Origin: Acidimicrobiales bacterium
GTDB lineage: Bacteria; Actinomycetota; Acidimicrobiia; Acidimicrobiales; SZUA-35
NCBI GenBank assembly: GCA_965224435.1
Contig: OZ245048.1
Location: 3,914,282-3,978,281, forward strand
DNA: 64,000 nucleotides
Reading direction: 5' to 3'
The notes beneath the pieces were generated by a model, which saw nothing but the letters and a program-made list of their open reading frames with translations, did no database searches and was not told the origin of the DNA. Positions 46,200 to 55,114 of the stretch are shown piece after piece (the first letter of the stretch is position 1; the number at the start of each line of letters is the position of its first letter). The translations under genes and the position numbers were made by a program.

Positions 46200-47552
46200 A
46201 TGTCGTCCAACCCAGCCACCTCAAGTCCCGCCTCCTCAACGACCCCAGCGACACCCTCCCAAGACCGGCCTCTACGCCTGGCCTACCTTTCTTATCGGTC
46301 CAAGCCAACCGTCGGCGGCCAGGGCATCTATACCCGCCACCTGACCAAAGCATTGGTCGACCTGGGGCACTCCATCGAGGTGTTCTCCGGTCAGCCCTAC
46401 CCGGTTCTCGATGACCGTATCGGTCTGACGAAACTACCGAGTCTCGACATCTTCAACGACCAGTACCCCGGCCGATTCCCCGCCTACTGGGAGATCAAGT
46501 CCAAGGCCGACATCCTGGAACTGGCCACCTTCTCCACTGGCCAGTTCCCCGAGCCGCTGGCCTTCAGCTACCGGGCACTCCAGACTCTGAAAACGCGAGC
46601 GCCAGACTTTGACCTGGTGCATGACAACCAATGCCTTGGCTACGGAATCTTGGGAATCGACAAGCTGATCCCAACCCTGGTCACCCTCCATCACCCAATC
46701 ACCGTTGACCGCCGACTCGAGATGGAAGCCGCACCAAACTGGCGCAAGCGCATGAGCATTGGCCGCTGGTACGGCTTCGTGAAAATGCAAGGCCGAGTGG
46801 CCCAGCGCATGCCTCGCATCCTGGTGGTATCGGATAACTCCATCCAGGACATCCACAACGACATGGGAGTCGATCTTGATCGTATGCGTCTGGTCCACGT
46901 TGGTGTTGACCCCGACCTGTTCAAGCCAATGCCCGAGGTCACCCGGACTCCTGGCCGCCTGATCACCACTGCCAGTGCCGATGTGGAACTGAAGGGACTC
47001 AAGTTCTTGCTGGAGGCCATGGCCAAGTTGCGCACCGAGCGAGACATCACCTTGACTGTCATTGGGCGATCCAAGCCTGGTGGTACCACGGCGACCCTGA
47101 TCGACAAGCTCGGCCTGGCACCGCACATCACGTTCGTAACAGGTGTTCCCGACGAACGAATTGTCGAGCTTTACGCTGAATCAGAGATCGCTGTTGTTCC
47201 CTCCCTCTATGAGGGCTTCTCGCTGCCTGCGGTTGAGGCCATGGGCTCGGCCACTCCACTCGTTGCTTCCGATGGCGGCGCGCTACCCGAGGTGACTGGA
47301 GTCGATGGAGAAACTGTTCTGCGCTGCAAGGCTGGCGACTCAGAAGACCTGGCCAGAGCCTTGACTATTGCCTTGGATGATCCTGAGTTGCGGGCTCGGA
47401 TGGGTGCGGCTGGTCGTGAACGGGTGAGCACCCTGTACACCTGGCGCCAAACGGCGATCAATACGGTTACCCAGTACCGTGAAGTCATTGCCTTGCACGA
47501 AGAGAAGCGGGCGGCAGAGGCCCATGACGCCAGTATCGGAAGTGACCGCTAA
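46200..47552 (+). CDS. Glycosyltransferase family 4
   Basis: Start at ATG 46200. GGQGIYTRHLTKAL N-terminal motif, and EGFSLPAVEAMGSATPLVASDGGALPEV C-terminal GT-B motif. Confidence 0.85.
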   Translation: MSSNPATSSPASSTTPATPSQDRPLRLAYLSYRSKPTVGGQGIYTRHLTKALVDLGHSIEVFSGQPYPVLDDRIGLTKLPSLDIFNDQYPGRFPAYWEIKSKADILELATFSTGQFPEPLAFSYRALQTLKTRAPDFDLVHDNQCLGYGILGIDKLIPTLVTLHHPITVDRRLEMEAAPNWRKRMSIGRWYGFVKMQGRVAQRMPRILVVSDNSIQDIHNDMGVDLDRMRLVHVGVDPDLFKPMPEVTRTPGRLITTASADVELKGLKFLLEAMAKLRTERDITLTVIGRSKPGGTTATLIDKLGLAPHITFVTGVPDERIVELYAESEIAVVPSLYEGFSLPAVEAMGSATPLVASDGGALPEVTGVDGETVLRCKAGDSEDLARALTIALDDPELRARMGAAGRERVSTLYTWRQTAINTVTQYREVIALHEEKRAAEAHDASIGSDR

Positions 47553-48376
47553 TGCTGACCGTTGACTACACCAAGCTCGAACTCGAACCCGGAATGCTTG
47601 TGCTTGACCTGGGTGCGGGTTTTGGCCGCCACGCTTTTGAGACTGCTCGACGCGGCGCCTCGGTTGTGGCCGCCGATCTGGCTTATGACGAGATGAAGAG
47701 CACGAAGGACACCTTCGCCGCTATGTACCTGGAAGGTGAGCTACCCAAGAGCATCATCACCGTGTCGGTACAGGCCAACGGGCTGACCCTGCCGTTCGCT
47801 GATCACACCTTTGATCGAATCATTGCTTCGGAAATCCTGGAACATGTTCCCGATGATCAGGGAGTCATGGCCGAACTGTTCCGAGTGCTCAAGCCTGGTG
47901 GACGACTGGCAGCCACGGTTCCCGCTGCTCTTCCCGAACAAATCTGTTGGTGGCTGAGCGATGACTATCACGCACCAGTTGCGGTGGGCGGACATGTCCG
48001 CATCTATGGCCTACCGGAGCTTCGAACCAAGCTGGCTTCGGTGGGATTTGAGCCCGGACAGAGCCACCGAGCCCACGCACTTCATAGTCCTTATTGGTGG
48101 CTGAAGTGTGCTGTTGGCATTGACAACGAAGACAACCCTCTGGTCAAGTCCTATCTGAAGATGCTGACCTGGGACATTGTCAAGGCGCCGACCTTGACCC
48201 GAACAGCTGAGCGTGTTCTCAACCCGGTGCTTGGCAAGTCTCGGGTGGTCTACGCCGATCGCCCGGTTGTCTCCCAGCAGCCGGTCGATAGGGAATCAGG
48301 ACCGACCTTTATCGCCGACAATATGATCGGCGCAGAACGGGCTGCCACATCAACAAGTGCCGGGGCCGACGCGTGA
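47552..48376 (+). CDS. Class I SAM-dependent methyltransferase
   Basis: VLDLGAGFGRH motif I. TAATG overlap with the glycosyltransferase gene. Confidence 0.85.
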   Translation: MLTVDYTKLELEPGMLVLDLGAGFGRHAFETARRGASVVAADLAYDEMKSTKDTFAAMYLEGELPKSIITVSVQANGLTLPFADHTFDRIIASEILEHVPDDQGVMAELFRVLKPGGRLAATVPAALPEQICWWLSDDYHAPVAVGGHVRIYGLPELRTKLASVGFEPGQSHRAHALHSPYWWLKCAVGIDNEDNPLVKSYLKMLTWDIVKAPTLTRTAERVLNPVLGKSRVVYADRPVVSQQPVDRESGPTFIADNMIGAERAATSTSAGADA

Positions 48377-49383
48377 AGATCCCGTCCGTTGACGGGGTCC
48401 TCAGCTCAGACGACCTCCGACTCTCCGCAGAGACCATTGCTGAATGGCAGCTGCCGTCAGGGATGATTCCTTGGTTTCCGGGTGGCCACGCCGACCCTTG
48501 GAACCATATTGAAGCCGCCATGGCCCTGGCCACCTGCGGCTTCATTGATCAAGCCGAGCACGCCTATCAGTGGTTGCGCGACCTGCAACGACCTGATGGC
48601 AGCTGGCACAACTACTACTTGGCCAACGGGATCGAAGACGCCAAGCTCGACGTGAACTGCATTGCCTACATTGCCGCCGGAATCTGGCATCAATACCTGG
48701 CCACCGACGACCGAGGATTCCTGGAGTCATACTGGCCCGTGGTCAACTCGGCCATGGAGTTTGTGCTGGACATGCAGACCAAACGGGGTGAGGTGATCTG
48801 GGCCCGGCATTCCGACGGACGACCCTGGAGCTACGCCCTTCTCACCGGGTCCTCTTCCATCTGCCACAGCCTGCAATGCGCCATCGACATTGCTAGCAAG
48901 CTTGGTCACGACCGGGCTCATTGGGTTGAGAGCCGTGACCGACTGGTCAACGTCATTGCCAATCACCCCGAAGCATTTGAGCCCAAGGAACGCTGGGCCA
49001 TGGACTGGTACTACCCAGTCATGACCGGAGCCATTGTTGGTGACGACGCCCGCAAACACATGGCCAATGGTTGGGAAACCTTTGCCATGCCAGGCAAGGG
49101 AATTCGCTGTGTATCGGATCGTCCCTGGGTTACTGCGGCTGAAACCTGTGAGTGCGTGATTGCCCACCTGGCGGCAGGTGAAAGCTCAACCGCGTTGACC
49201 TTGTTCACCTGGGCTCAAGCGTTGCGTGACCGGGACGGTCGCTACTTCACCGGCTTGGTCTTTCCCGAGCTGGTGTACTTCCCCGACAATGAACGCAGTA
49301 CCTATACCTCAGCTGCTGTCATCTTGGCTGCCGACGCGCTGGACGGTTCAAACCCAACGTCGGATCTTTTCACCAACCACTAG
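48373..49383 (+). CDS. Prenyltransferase/squalene-oxidase-repeat-like (alpha/alpha toroid) protein
   Basis: Repeated aromatic-rich QxxDGSW-type motifs (LQRPDGSWHNYY). GTGA overlap with the methyltransferase gene. Confidence 0.55.
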   Translation: MKIPSVDGVLSSDDLRLSAETIAEWQLPSGMIPWFPGGHADPWNHIEAAMALATCGFIDQAEHAYQWLRDLQRPDGSWHNYYLANGIEDAKLDVNCIAYIAAGIWHQYLATDDRGFLESYWPVVNSAMEFVLDMQTKRGEVIWARHSDGRPWSYALLTGSSSICHSLQCAIDIASKLGHDRAHWVESRDRLVNVIANHPEAFEPKERWAMDWYYPVMTGAIVGDDARKHMANGWETFAMPGKGIRCVSDRPWVTAAETCECVIAHLAAGESSTALTLFTWAQALRDRDGRYFTGLVFPELVYFPDNERSTYTSAAVILAADALDGSNPTSDLFTNH

Positions 49384-50978
49384 TCACTCTTCTCGCCTTC
49401 CTGCCATGAGGCAAGCAGTGCCTTCTTGTCGACCTTGCCGATAGGCAGCATTGGCAAGGCATCCAGAACCACGATGTGCTTGGGCACCTTGTAGTTAGCC
49501 AGCTGGTCAGAAGCGGCGGATCGCACCTCACCTGAATCAAGACCGTCCGCCCCCATCACATAGGCGATACCAATCTCCTGGAAGACCGGGTCCGGCACGC
49601 TGATGACGGCGGCCAGGCTGACATCGGGATGCTCTTCAAGAGCCAGCTCTACCTCGCGGGGATACACGTTGTAGCCACCACTCTTGAACATCTCGCTCAT
49701 GCGGCCAACGATCTGGACATATCCATCATCACGACGAATAGCCAGATCGCCGGTATGGAACCAACCGTCATCAGTGAAGGCATTGGCCGATGCTTCCGGC
49801 AACCGCCAATAGCCAGCCATGGTGAAATCACCGTGAACCTGAATCTCCCCTGGCTCTTCACCAACGGCTTCACGATCATCGGCGTGCCAAATACGCAGCG
49901 GCTGCCGGTCATCGGGAGTACCAACGGTGGAAGCCAGCAAGTCGACCGAGTCAAATAGGCCGCTATAGGTCACACCACCGGTTGTTTCGGTCATGCCATA
50001 ACCCATGGTGCAACGGGTGCACTCAGTCTTGTCCATCAGGGTTTGCAGCAGTTCGGCTGGCATGGCGGCTCCGCCCCAGGCCAGCAGATCAACCGATGTG
50101 AGATCGAAGTCGTCAAACTTAGGGTGACTGACGCACATCTGGAGCATGGTTGGCACACCGCCAAAGGTGTTGAGCTTTTCCTTCTCGGTCAGTTCCATCA
50201 CTGCTGAGGGCGAGAACTTCTCCTGGAAGAAGATGGTGCCTCCCCCAGTCATGGTTCTCCCGCACACATCTCCAATGGCGGCGACATGATTGATCGGGAA
50301 GTTGCAAATCATGGTTCGGTTCGAAAGGGCTTTGCGTTCCACGGCGATCACATTGCAGAAATTCGAGCCACGGTGGGTCAGCAGAGCACCCTTTGGGCGA
50401 CCTGACGTGCCCGACGTGTAGACCAGGAAGGCCGGGTCAAGGGCGTCGACCGAAGCCCGTCGTTCCAGGAGTTGCTCTTGGGTGACTTGAGATGCCCCTC
50501 GCAAGAAGTCCTGCCAGGTCACCGCCCCCGCATGATCGGTGCGGTCCAGAAGAACCAGTTGCTCTATCGACTGGTGGGTGGCCATCAGGCCGTCCAACTT
50601 CTCTAGCTGATCTTCACCCGTCACATCGGCGAAGCCGAACAGCAGGCAAGGTTCAGCGTCGCCAACAACATGATCCAACTCGCCCGAGGTGTACTTGGGA
50701 TTGAGCCCCAACCAGACAGCACCAATGCTGGTGGTGGCTAAGAAATGGATGAAAAACTCGGGCCTTGGGCCACTCAGCAAACCAACTCGGTCACCAACCT
50801 CGACTCCAGCGGCAACAAGGGCTCGCGCAACCTCATCAACGCGGGTCTTCGTTTGGGCATAACTCAGGCGTTCATCGTCCAGGACGAGGAAGTCCTGATC
50901 GGGACGATCACTGGCCTGACGATCCAGATGGTCACTGATCAGTTTCAGGACAGGGAGGTCGGTGGTTGTTTCACTCAC
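49380..50978 (-). CDS. AMP-dependent acyl-CoA synthetase/ligase
   Basis: LVYTSGTSGRPKGA AMP-binding motif, plus YGMTET and GDLAIRRDDGY. GTG 50978 overlaps the MaoC stop (GTGA). Confidence 0.85.
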   Translation of the reverse strand: MSETTTDLPVLKLISDHLDRQASDRPDQDFLVLDDERLSYAQTKTRVDEVARALVAAGVEVGDRVGLLSGPRPEFFIHFLATTSIGAVWLGLNPKYTSGELDHVVGDAEPCLLFGFADVTGEDQLEKLDGLMATHQSIEQLVLLDRTDHAGAVTWQDFLRGASQVTQEQLLERRASVDALDPAFLVYTSGTSGRPKGALLTHRGSNFCNVIAVERKALSNRTMICNFPINHVAAIGDVCGRTMTGGGTIFFQEKFSPSAVMELTEKEKLNTFGGVPTMLQMCVSHPKFDDFDLTSVDLLAWGGAAMPAELLQTLMDKTECTRCTMGYGMTETTGGVTYSGLFDSVDLLASTVGTPDDRQPLRIWHADDREAVGEEPGEIQVHGDFTMAGYWRLPEASANAFTDDGWFHTGDLAIRRDDGYVQIVGRMSEMFKSGGYNVYPREVELALEEHPDVSLAAVISVPDPVFQEIGIAYVMGADGLDSGEVRSAASDQLANYKVPKHIVVLDALPMLPIGKVDKKALLASWQEGEKSD

Positions 50979-51463
50979 GATGCTTCCTCCTGTCCGAGCT
51001 GAAGATAGGCCAGCCAATCAGCAACCAGGGCTGGCGTTTCTGACCCTTCAATTTCGATGATGGCTTCAAAGGTCATCAACGCGGCATTCTCTCCACGGGC
51101 AACCAGGTCCTTCATCTTGAACCGGCCACGTATCCGACTGTTGACGGGAACGGGCGCAATCAGACGAACCCGATCAAAGCCATAGTTCAAGCGGAAGATC
51201 ACACCGTCTTGGGGTAGGTCAAGGTTCTTGGCAAATCCGGTGAGGCAAGCCAAGAGCATGAACCCCTGCACGATGGTCCCGCCAAAAGGGGCAATACGAG
51301 CGGCTTCTTCCGGGTCGTTATGGATTGGTCCGCCATCACCGACCAGGGCGCTGAACTGATCAATCTCGTTCTGATCGATCTGTTTCCATTCACTGACGCC
51401 AACCTCTTGGTCGCGCAATGCGGCGAGTGTTGGTAGGGCGGAATCAACGTCAAGCTCGGTCAT
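50975..51463 (-). CDS. MaoC-family (R)-hydratase / hot-dog fold protein
   Basis: FSALVGDGGPIHNDPEEAA..PFGGTIVQGFML motif. Confidence 0.8.
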   Translation of the reverse strand: MTELDVDSALPTLAALRDQEVGVSEWKQIDQNEIDQFSALVGDGGPIHNDPEEAARIAPFGGTIVQGFMLLACLTGFAKNLDLPQDGVIFRLNYGFDRVRLIAPVPVNSRIRGRFKMKDLVARGENAALMTFEAIIEIEGSETPALVADWLAYLQLGQEEAS

Positions 51464-51564
51464 GGTTGCTCTCTCAGGTTCGGTGACTTCGTGTCCGGAG
51501 GAACGGGGTAGAACCTCTGATCACCAAGCAGAACATAGACGTGCATCTGGCCTAGAGTCGAACC

Positions 51565-52764
51565 ATGAGTCATGGGGACGCCACATCCGATTCCTGGATG
51601 ACCGGTCACCCACCGGCACCAGACAAGATCATCCGGTTTGCTGACGGCTCCTTCTACCAATGGCCGCAGCTGCGCTGGAGCTTCAATCATTTGGAACAGC
51701 TTGTGCCGACGAAGGCGGCATGGCGCGGGCCCGGTGCCAGCCAGCAGCTGGAATCGGGTGAGAGCCCCTTCGGTGAAACCGGTATCACCCTGTCTGATGG
51801 AGCCAGGTTGTCCTGGGAGGAGATGCTGTCCACGAGCCACACTGATGCGTTAGCCGTTCTCCATCATGGGAAACTGGTTTACGAGCATTACCGGAACGAG
51901 GCCGGACCACACACTCCGCACACCTTGATGTCGTGCAATAAGTCTCTGGTTGGCACCATTGCTGAATTGCTGATTGACCAGGGGCTTCTGGATGACAATG
52001 CTCTGGTCACGTCAGTTCTCGGCGAGCTCCAGGGTTCAGCCTGGGGTGATGCCACCGTTCGACAGGTGATGGACATGGTCGTTGGCATGTCTTTCGACGA
52101 GAACTATCTTGATCCAACTTCCGATGTCTGGACCTTCATCCGGTCAACAGGGATGATCCCGGTAGACCCAGACAATGTGATCACCCTGGCCGAGTTCTTG
52201 CCTTCAATCGCCAAGGAAGGGCAACACGGCGAGACCTTCGCCTACCGGGAACCCAACATATTTGTGCTCGGCTGGATCGTGCGCCGGGTCACTGGTCGGG
52301 GCCTCAACGACCTGGCTTCAGATCTGATTTGGCAGCACATTGGAGCAGAGCATGACTACCTCTTCATGGTTGATTCAGTCGGCGGCGAGACAACGGCTTC
52401 GGCAACACTGCGGGACTTCCTTCGTTTCGGCCTTCTCTTCACCAACCAAGGACGAGTAGACACAAAGCAAGTACTTCCATTGCAAGTGGTCGACACGATT
52501 CTGGCTGGTGGCGACCAGCAAGTCTTTGCCCGAGGTGACTACGGCAACCTGCCTGAGTGGTCATACCGATCCCAGTGGTGGTATCGGCACGTCGAGGGGC
52601 GTTGCTGTCCGGTTGCCCGCGGTGCTCACGGCCAGATGCTGTACCTCGACCCGGACCGAGATCTGATCATCGCCCGATTCGGATCTTCACCGGAAGCTCC
52701 GTCAGCCTTGCTGGATCCCATCATCTGGCCCCTAGTTGACGCCATCACCGAGCAACTGTCCTAA
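51565..52764 (+). CDS. Serine hydrolase (beta-lactamase family, 6-aminohexanoate-dimer hydrolase-like)
   Basis: S-x-x-K as LMSCNKSLVG, in a family-typical context. Confidence 0.7.
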   Translation: MSHGDATSDSWMTGHPPAPDKIIRFADGSFYQWPQLRWSFNHLEQLVPTKAAWRGPGASQQLESGESPFGETGITLSDGARLSWEEMLSTSHTDALAVLHHGKLVYEHYRNEAGPHTPHTLMSCNKSLVGTIAELLIDQGLLDDNALVTSVLGELQGSAWGDATVRQVMDMVVGMSFDENYLDPTSDVWTFIRSTGMIPVDPDNVITLAEFLPSIAKEGQHGETFAYREPNIFVLGWIVRRVTGRGLNDLASDLIWQHIGAEHDYLFMVDSVGGETTASATLRDFLRFGLLFTNQGRVDTKQVLPLQVVDTILAGGDQQVFARGDYGNLPEWSYRSQWWYRHVEGRCCPVARGAHGQMLYLDPDRDLIIARFGSSPEAPSALLDPIIWPLVDAITEQLS

Positions 52765-52874
52765 GGCTCACAACTGTCTCAGATCCGAGCCGTTTCAAGA
52801 CCTAGCGGGATGAGACTCGGCTATTGAGCGCGGTTGGGTTAGCCCGATCGTCAAGGGTTAGCTAGTGTCCAAGA

Positions 52875-53792
52875 ATGCAGATCGGTATCAACGGCTCCAA
52901 CAATCTCGCTACACCTGACCTCGACGTCCTGATGGATGACATGGTCGCAGCTGAAGCGGCTGGTTTTGCGACCTATTGGGTGGCTCAGATTGGCCACGTC
53001 GACGCAATCACCGCACTGGCATTGGCTGGTTCTCACACATCAACGATCGAGCTGGGTACCGCGGTTGTTCCAACCTGGACTCGCCACCCCCAGGTCATGG
53101 CCTCTCAAGCCCTCACCGCTCAGGCGGCAACCAATGGCCGAGTCATTCTCGGCATCGGACTGGCCCATCGCCCTTCGGTGGAAGATCGTTGGATGATGAG
53201 GTGGGAGAAGCCCATCCGCCACATGCTGGACTATGTGAACATCGTGCAAAGCCTTCTCACAACCGGCCAGGCCGACTACAAGGGCGAAGCCTGGAGCCTC
53301 GAAGTTACTAACCCGCTCCTGGACGGTCCACCACCAAAGCTGATGTTGGCCGCACTCGGCGACCAGATGCTGAAGATTGCCGGTAGTCGAACCGACGGCA
53401 CCATCTTGTGGTGCGTTGGGCCAAAGACTCTGGAGCAACAGATTGTGCCCAAGATCAGCGAAGCTGCGGCAGCAGCGGATCGGTCTTCTCCAGCAGTGGT
53501 GTGCAGTCTTCCGGTCTGGGTTACTGACCATGAAGACATCGCTCGCAACATGGTCGCCAGTTTCCTCACTGGCTATGGCGACCTGCCGTCGTATCGCTCG
53601 ATGCTGGACGTCGAAGGGGTTGAAGGTCCCGCAGATATCTCACTGATTGGGACCGAAGACAAGGTCCGTGAAGGCCTGGAAGCCTTGCGGGCTGCCGGAG
53701 CCACCGAGTTCAGCGGCGTGGTTTCAGCCCTTGATCCGGACGAGCGCCAACGGACTATCGCCGTGCTAGCTGAGGCCAATAGCGGCAGCTAG
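52875..53792 (+). CDS. LLM class F420-dependent oxidoreductase
   Basis: MQIGINGS start, and the GFATYWVAQ, ELGTAVVPTWTRHP and ILGIGLAH pattern. Confidence 0.8.
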   Translation: MQIGINGSNNLATPDLDVLMDDMVAAEAAGFATYWVAQIGHVDAITALALAGSHTSTIELGTAVVPTWTRHPQVMASQALTAQAATNGRVILGIGLAHRPSVEDRWMMRWEKPIRHMLDYVNIVQSLLTTGQADYKGEAWSLEVTNPLLDGPPPKLMLAALGDQMLKIAGSRTDGTILWCVGPKTLEQQIVPKISEAAAAADRSSPAVVCSLPVWVTDHEDIARNMVASFLTGYGDLPSYRSMLDVEGVEGPADISLIGTEDKVREGLEALRAAGATEFSGVVSALDPDERQRTIAVLAEANSGS

Positions 53793-53807
53793 CCGGACGC
53801 CTCATGG

Positions 53808-54977
53808 CTAGTTGCCTGAGGGTGCCACCTCAACTGTCGGCAACACCGCATAGAGCCGTTCAACCGCCAAGTTCTCGCTCACTTCGGCGGCAAGCTCGGC
53901 CAGGAAGGTTTCGCGATATCCCTGGTCGGTCAAGGCCGAAACGGCAACGTTCAGACCAGACAGCGCACCAACCAAACCAGCAACCCGCAAGTGCTCGCGG
54001 GTGATCAACAGGTCAAGATTTCCGACCCGGTACGACGCCAGTTCAGTGATCTCGGTGGCTCCGGTCCAGAGCTCCAACACTTCTCGATTCATGAAGATCG
54101 CACCCAAGATGAGGTAGAAGGCAATGACCAGCAGGCCGACCAGGACAACCTGAGTGGTCAAGCTCACCAGTACCAGGATGCGCAGATTCAATCTTCCGCC
54201 ACGAGTCAACTTCGAACTGGTGAGTTCACTATCGGGTCGGGACACCGCGGCCAGGGGCGAGTCGTGAACCATGGAGAGCACGTCATCCCAACTCTCAAAT
54301 TCGTCAATCTCATCAATGACTTCATCGGATGAGAGCCACAAGAAGCCAAGACCGATCAAAACAACCAGCACAGCAACGATGGAGAAGGCTGGGGGCCCAA
54401 CCAGATGAGCAACTTGCCAGATCTCGGCATTGATGAACATGAACACGGTTAGTACCAGCAAGACCGGCAGGGTTCGAGCGAACAGGCGGAAGACGGCTTG
54501 CAGGTGCTGGACCATGTTGCCGATGGACCAGCGGATCATCGGTAGCAGTCCGAAACCAACGACGACATAGACCAGAAGGAGGAGCGCCAGGTTGCCTGCC
54601 ACATAGCGAAGGGCTGGTGCGACCCGGTTGGTATCGAGAACGAACACGATGGCTGCCGGAGCAAGAACGAAGAAGGCCAGCTCGGGAAGCTCAACCTCGT
54701 CCAAGGCATCAAACATTCGTCGGCCCCGAAGTCGATTGAAAACGACAACGGCCGCCAGCATGATTCCAACTGAAGCCAGGAATACCAAGCCCTGCGAAGC
54801 CCCGGTATAGCGATCACTAAACGGCAGCATGGCTTCCAAAACCAAGACCCCAATGAGGAACGGCTTGGCCCTGGTCCACACCCGGGTTGAGGGCTCGTAG
54901 TTGGCAATCAAGTGAGGAACACCACGCTTGACAAACCAGCGTTCGGTGGCTGGACGGAGGTCGCTGGAAGGACTCAT
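53808..54977 (-). CDS. Hypothetical polytopic integral membrane protein
   Basis: 389 aa with at least 7 hydrophobic helices and an acidic loop (EVIDEIDEFESWDD). No motif recognised. Confidence 0.5.
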   Translation of the reverse strand: MSPSSDLRPATERWFVKRGVPHLIANYEPSTRVWTRAKPFLIGVLVLEAMLPFSDRYTGASQGLVFLASVGIMLAAVVVFNRLRGRRMFDALDEVELPELAFFVLAPAAIVFVLDTNRVAPALRYVAGNLALLLLVYVVVGFGLLPMIRWSIGNMVQHLQAVFRLFARTLPVLLVLTVFMFINAEIWQVAHLVGPPAFSIVAVLVVLIGLGFLWLSSDEVIDEIDEFESWDDVLSMVHDSPLAAVSRPDSELTSSKLTRGGRLNLRILVLVSLTTQVVLVGLLVIAFYLILGAIFMNREVLELWTGATEITELASYRVGNLDLLITREHLRVAGLVGALSGLNVAVSALTDQGYRETFLAELAAEVSENLAVERLYAVLPTVEVAPSGN

Positions 54978-55114
54978 CAGTGGGAGACCCTAGCCGGAAG
55001 CGCCCTCTGGTCTAGTCGGTCCACGACGATGCCACAGATCAGAGAACAGCCTGGCTCTTTCTAATCCAGCAGAACTGAGCCATAGTGTTGCACTGCCTTC
55101 CATGAGAGAACCCC

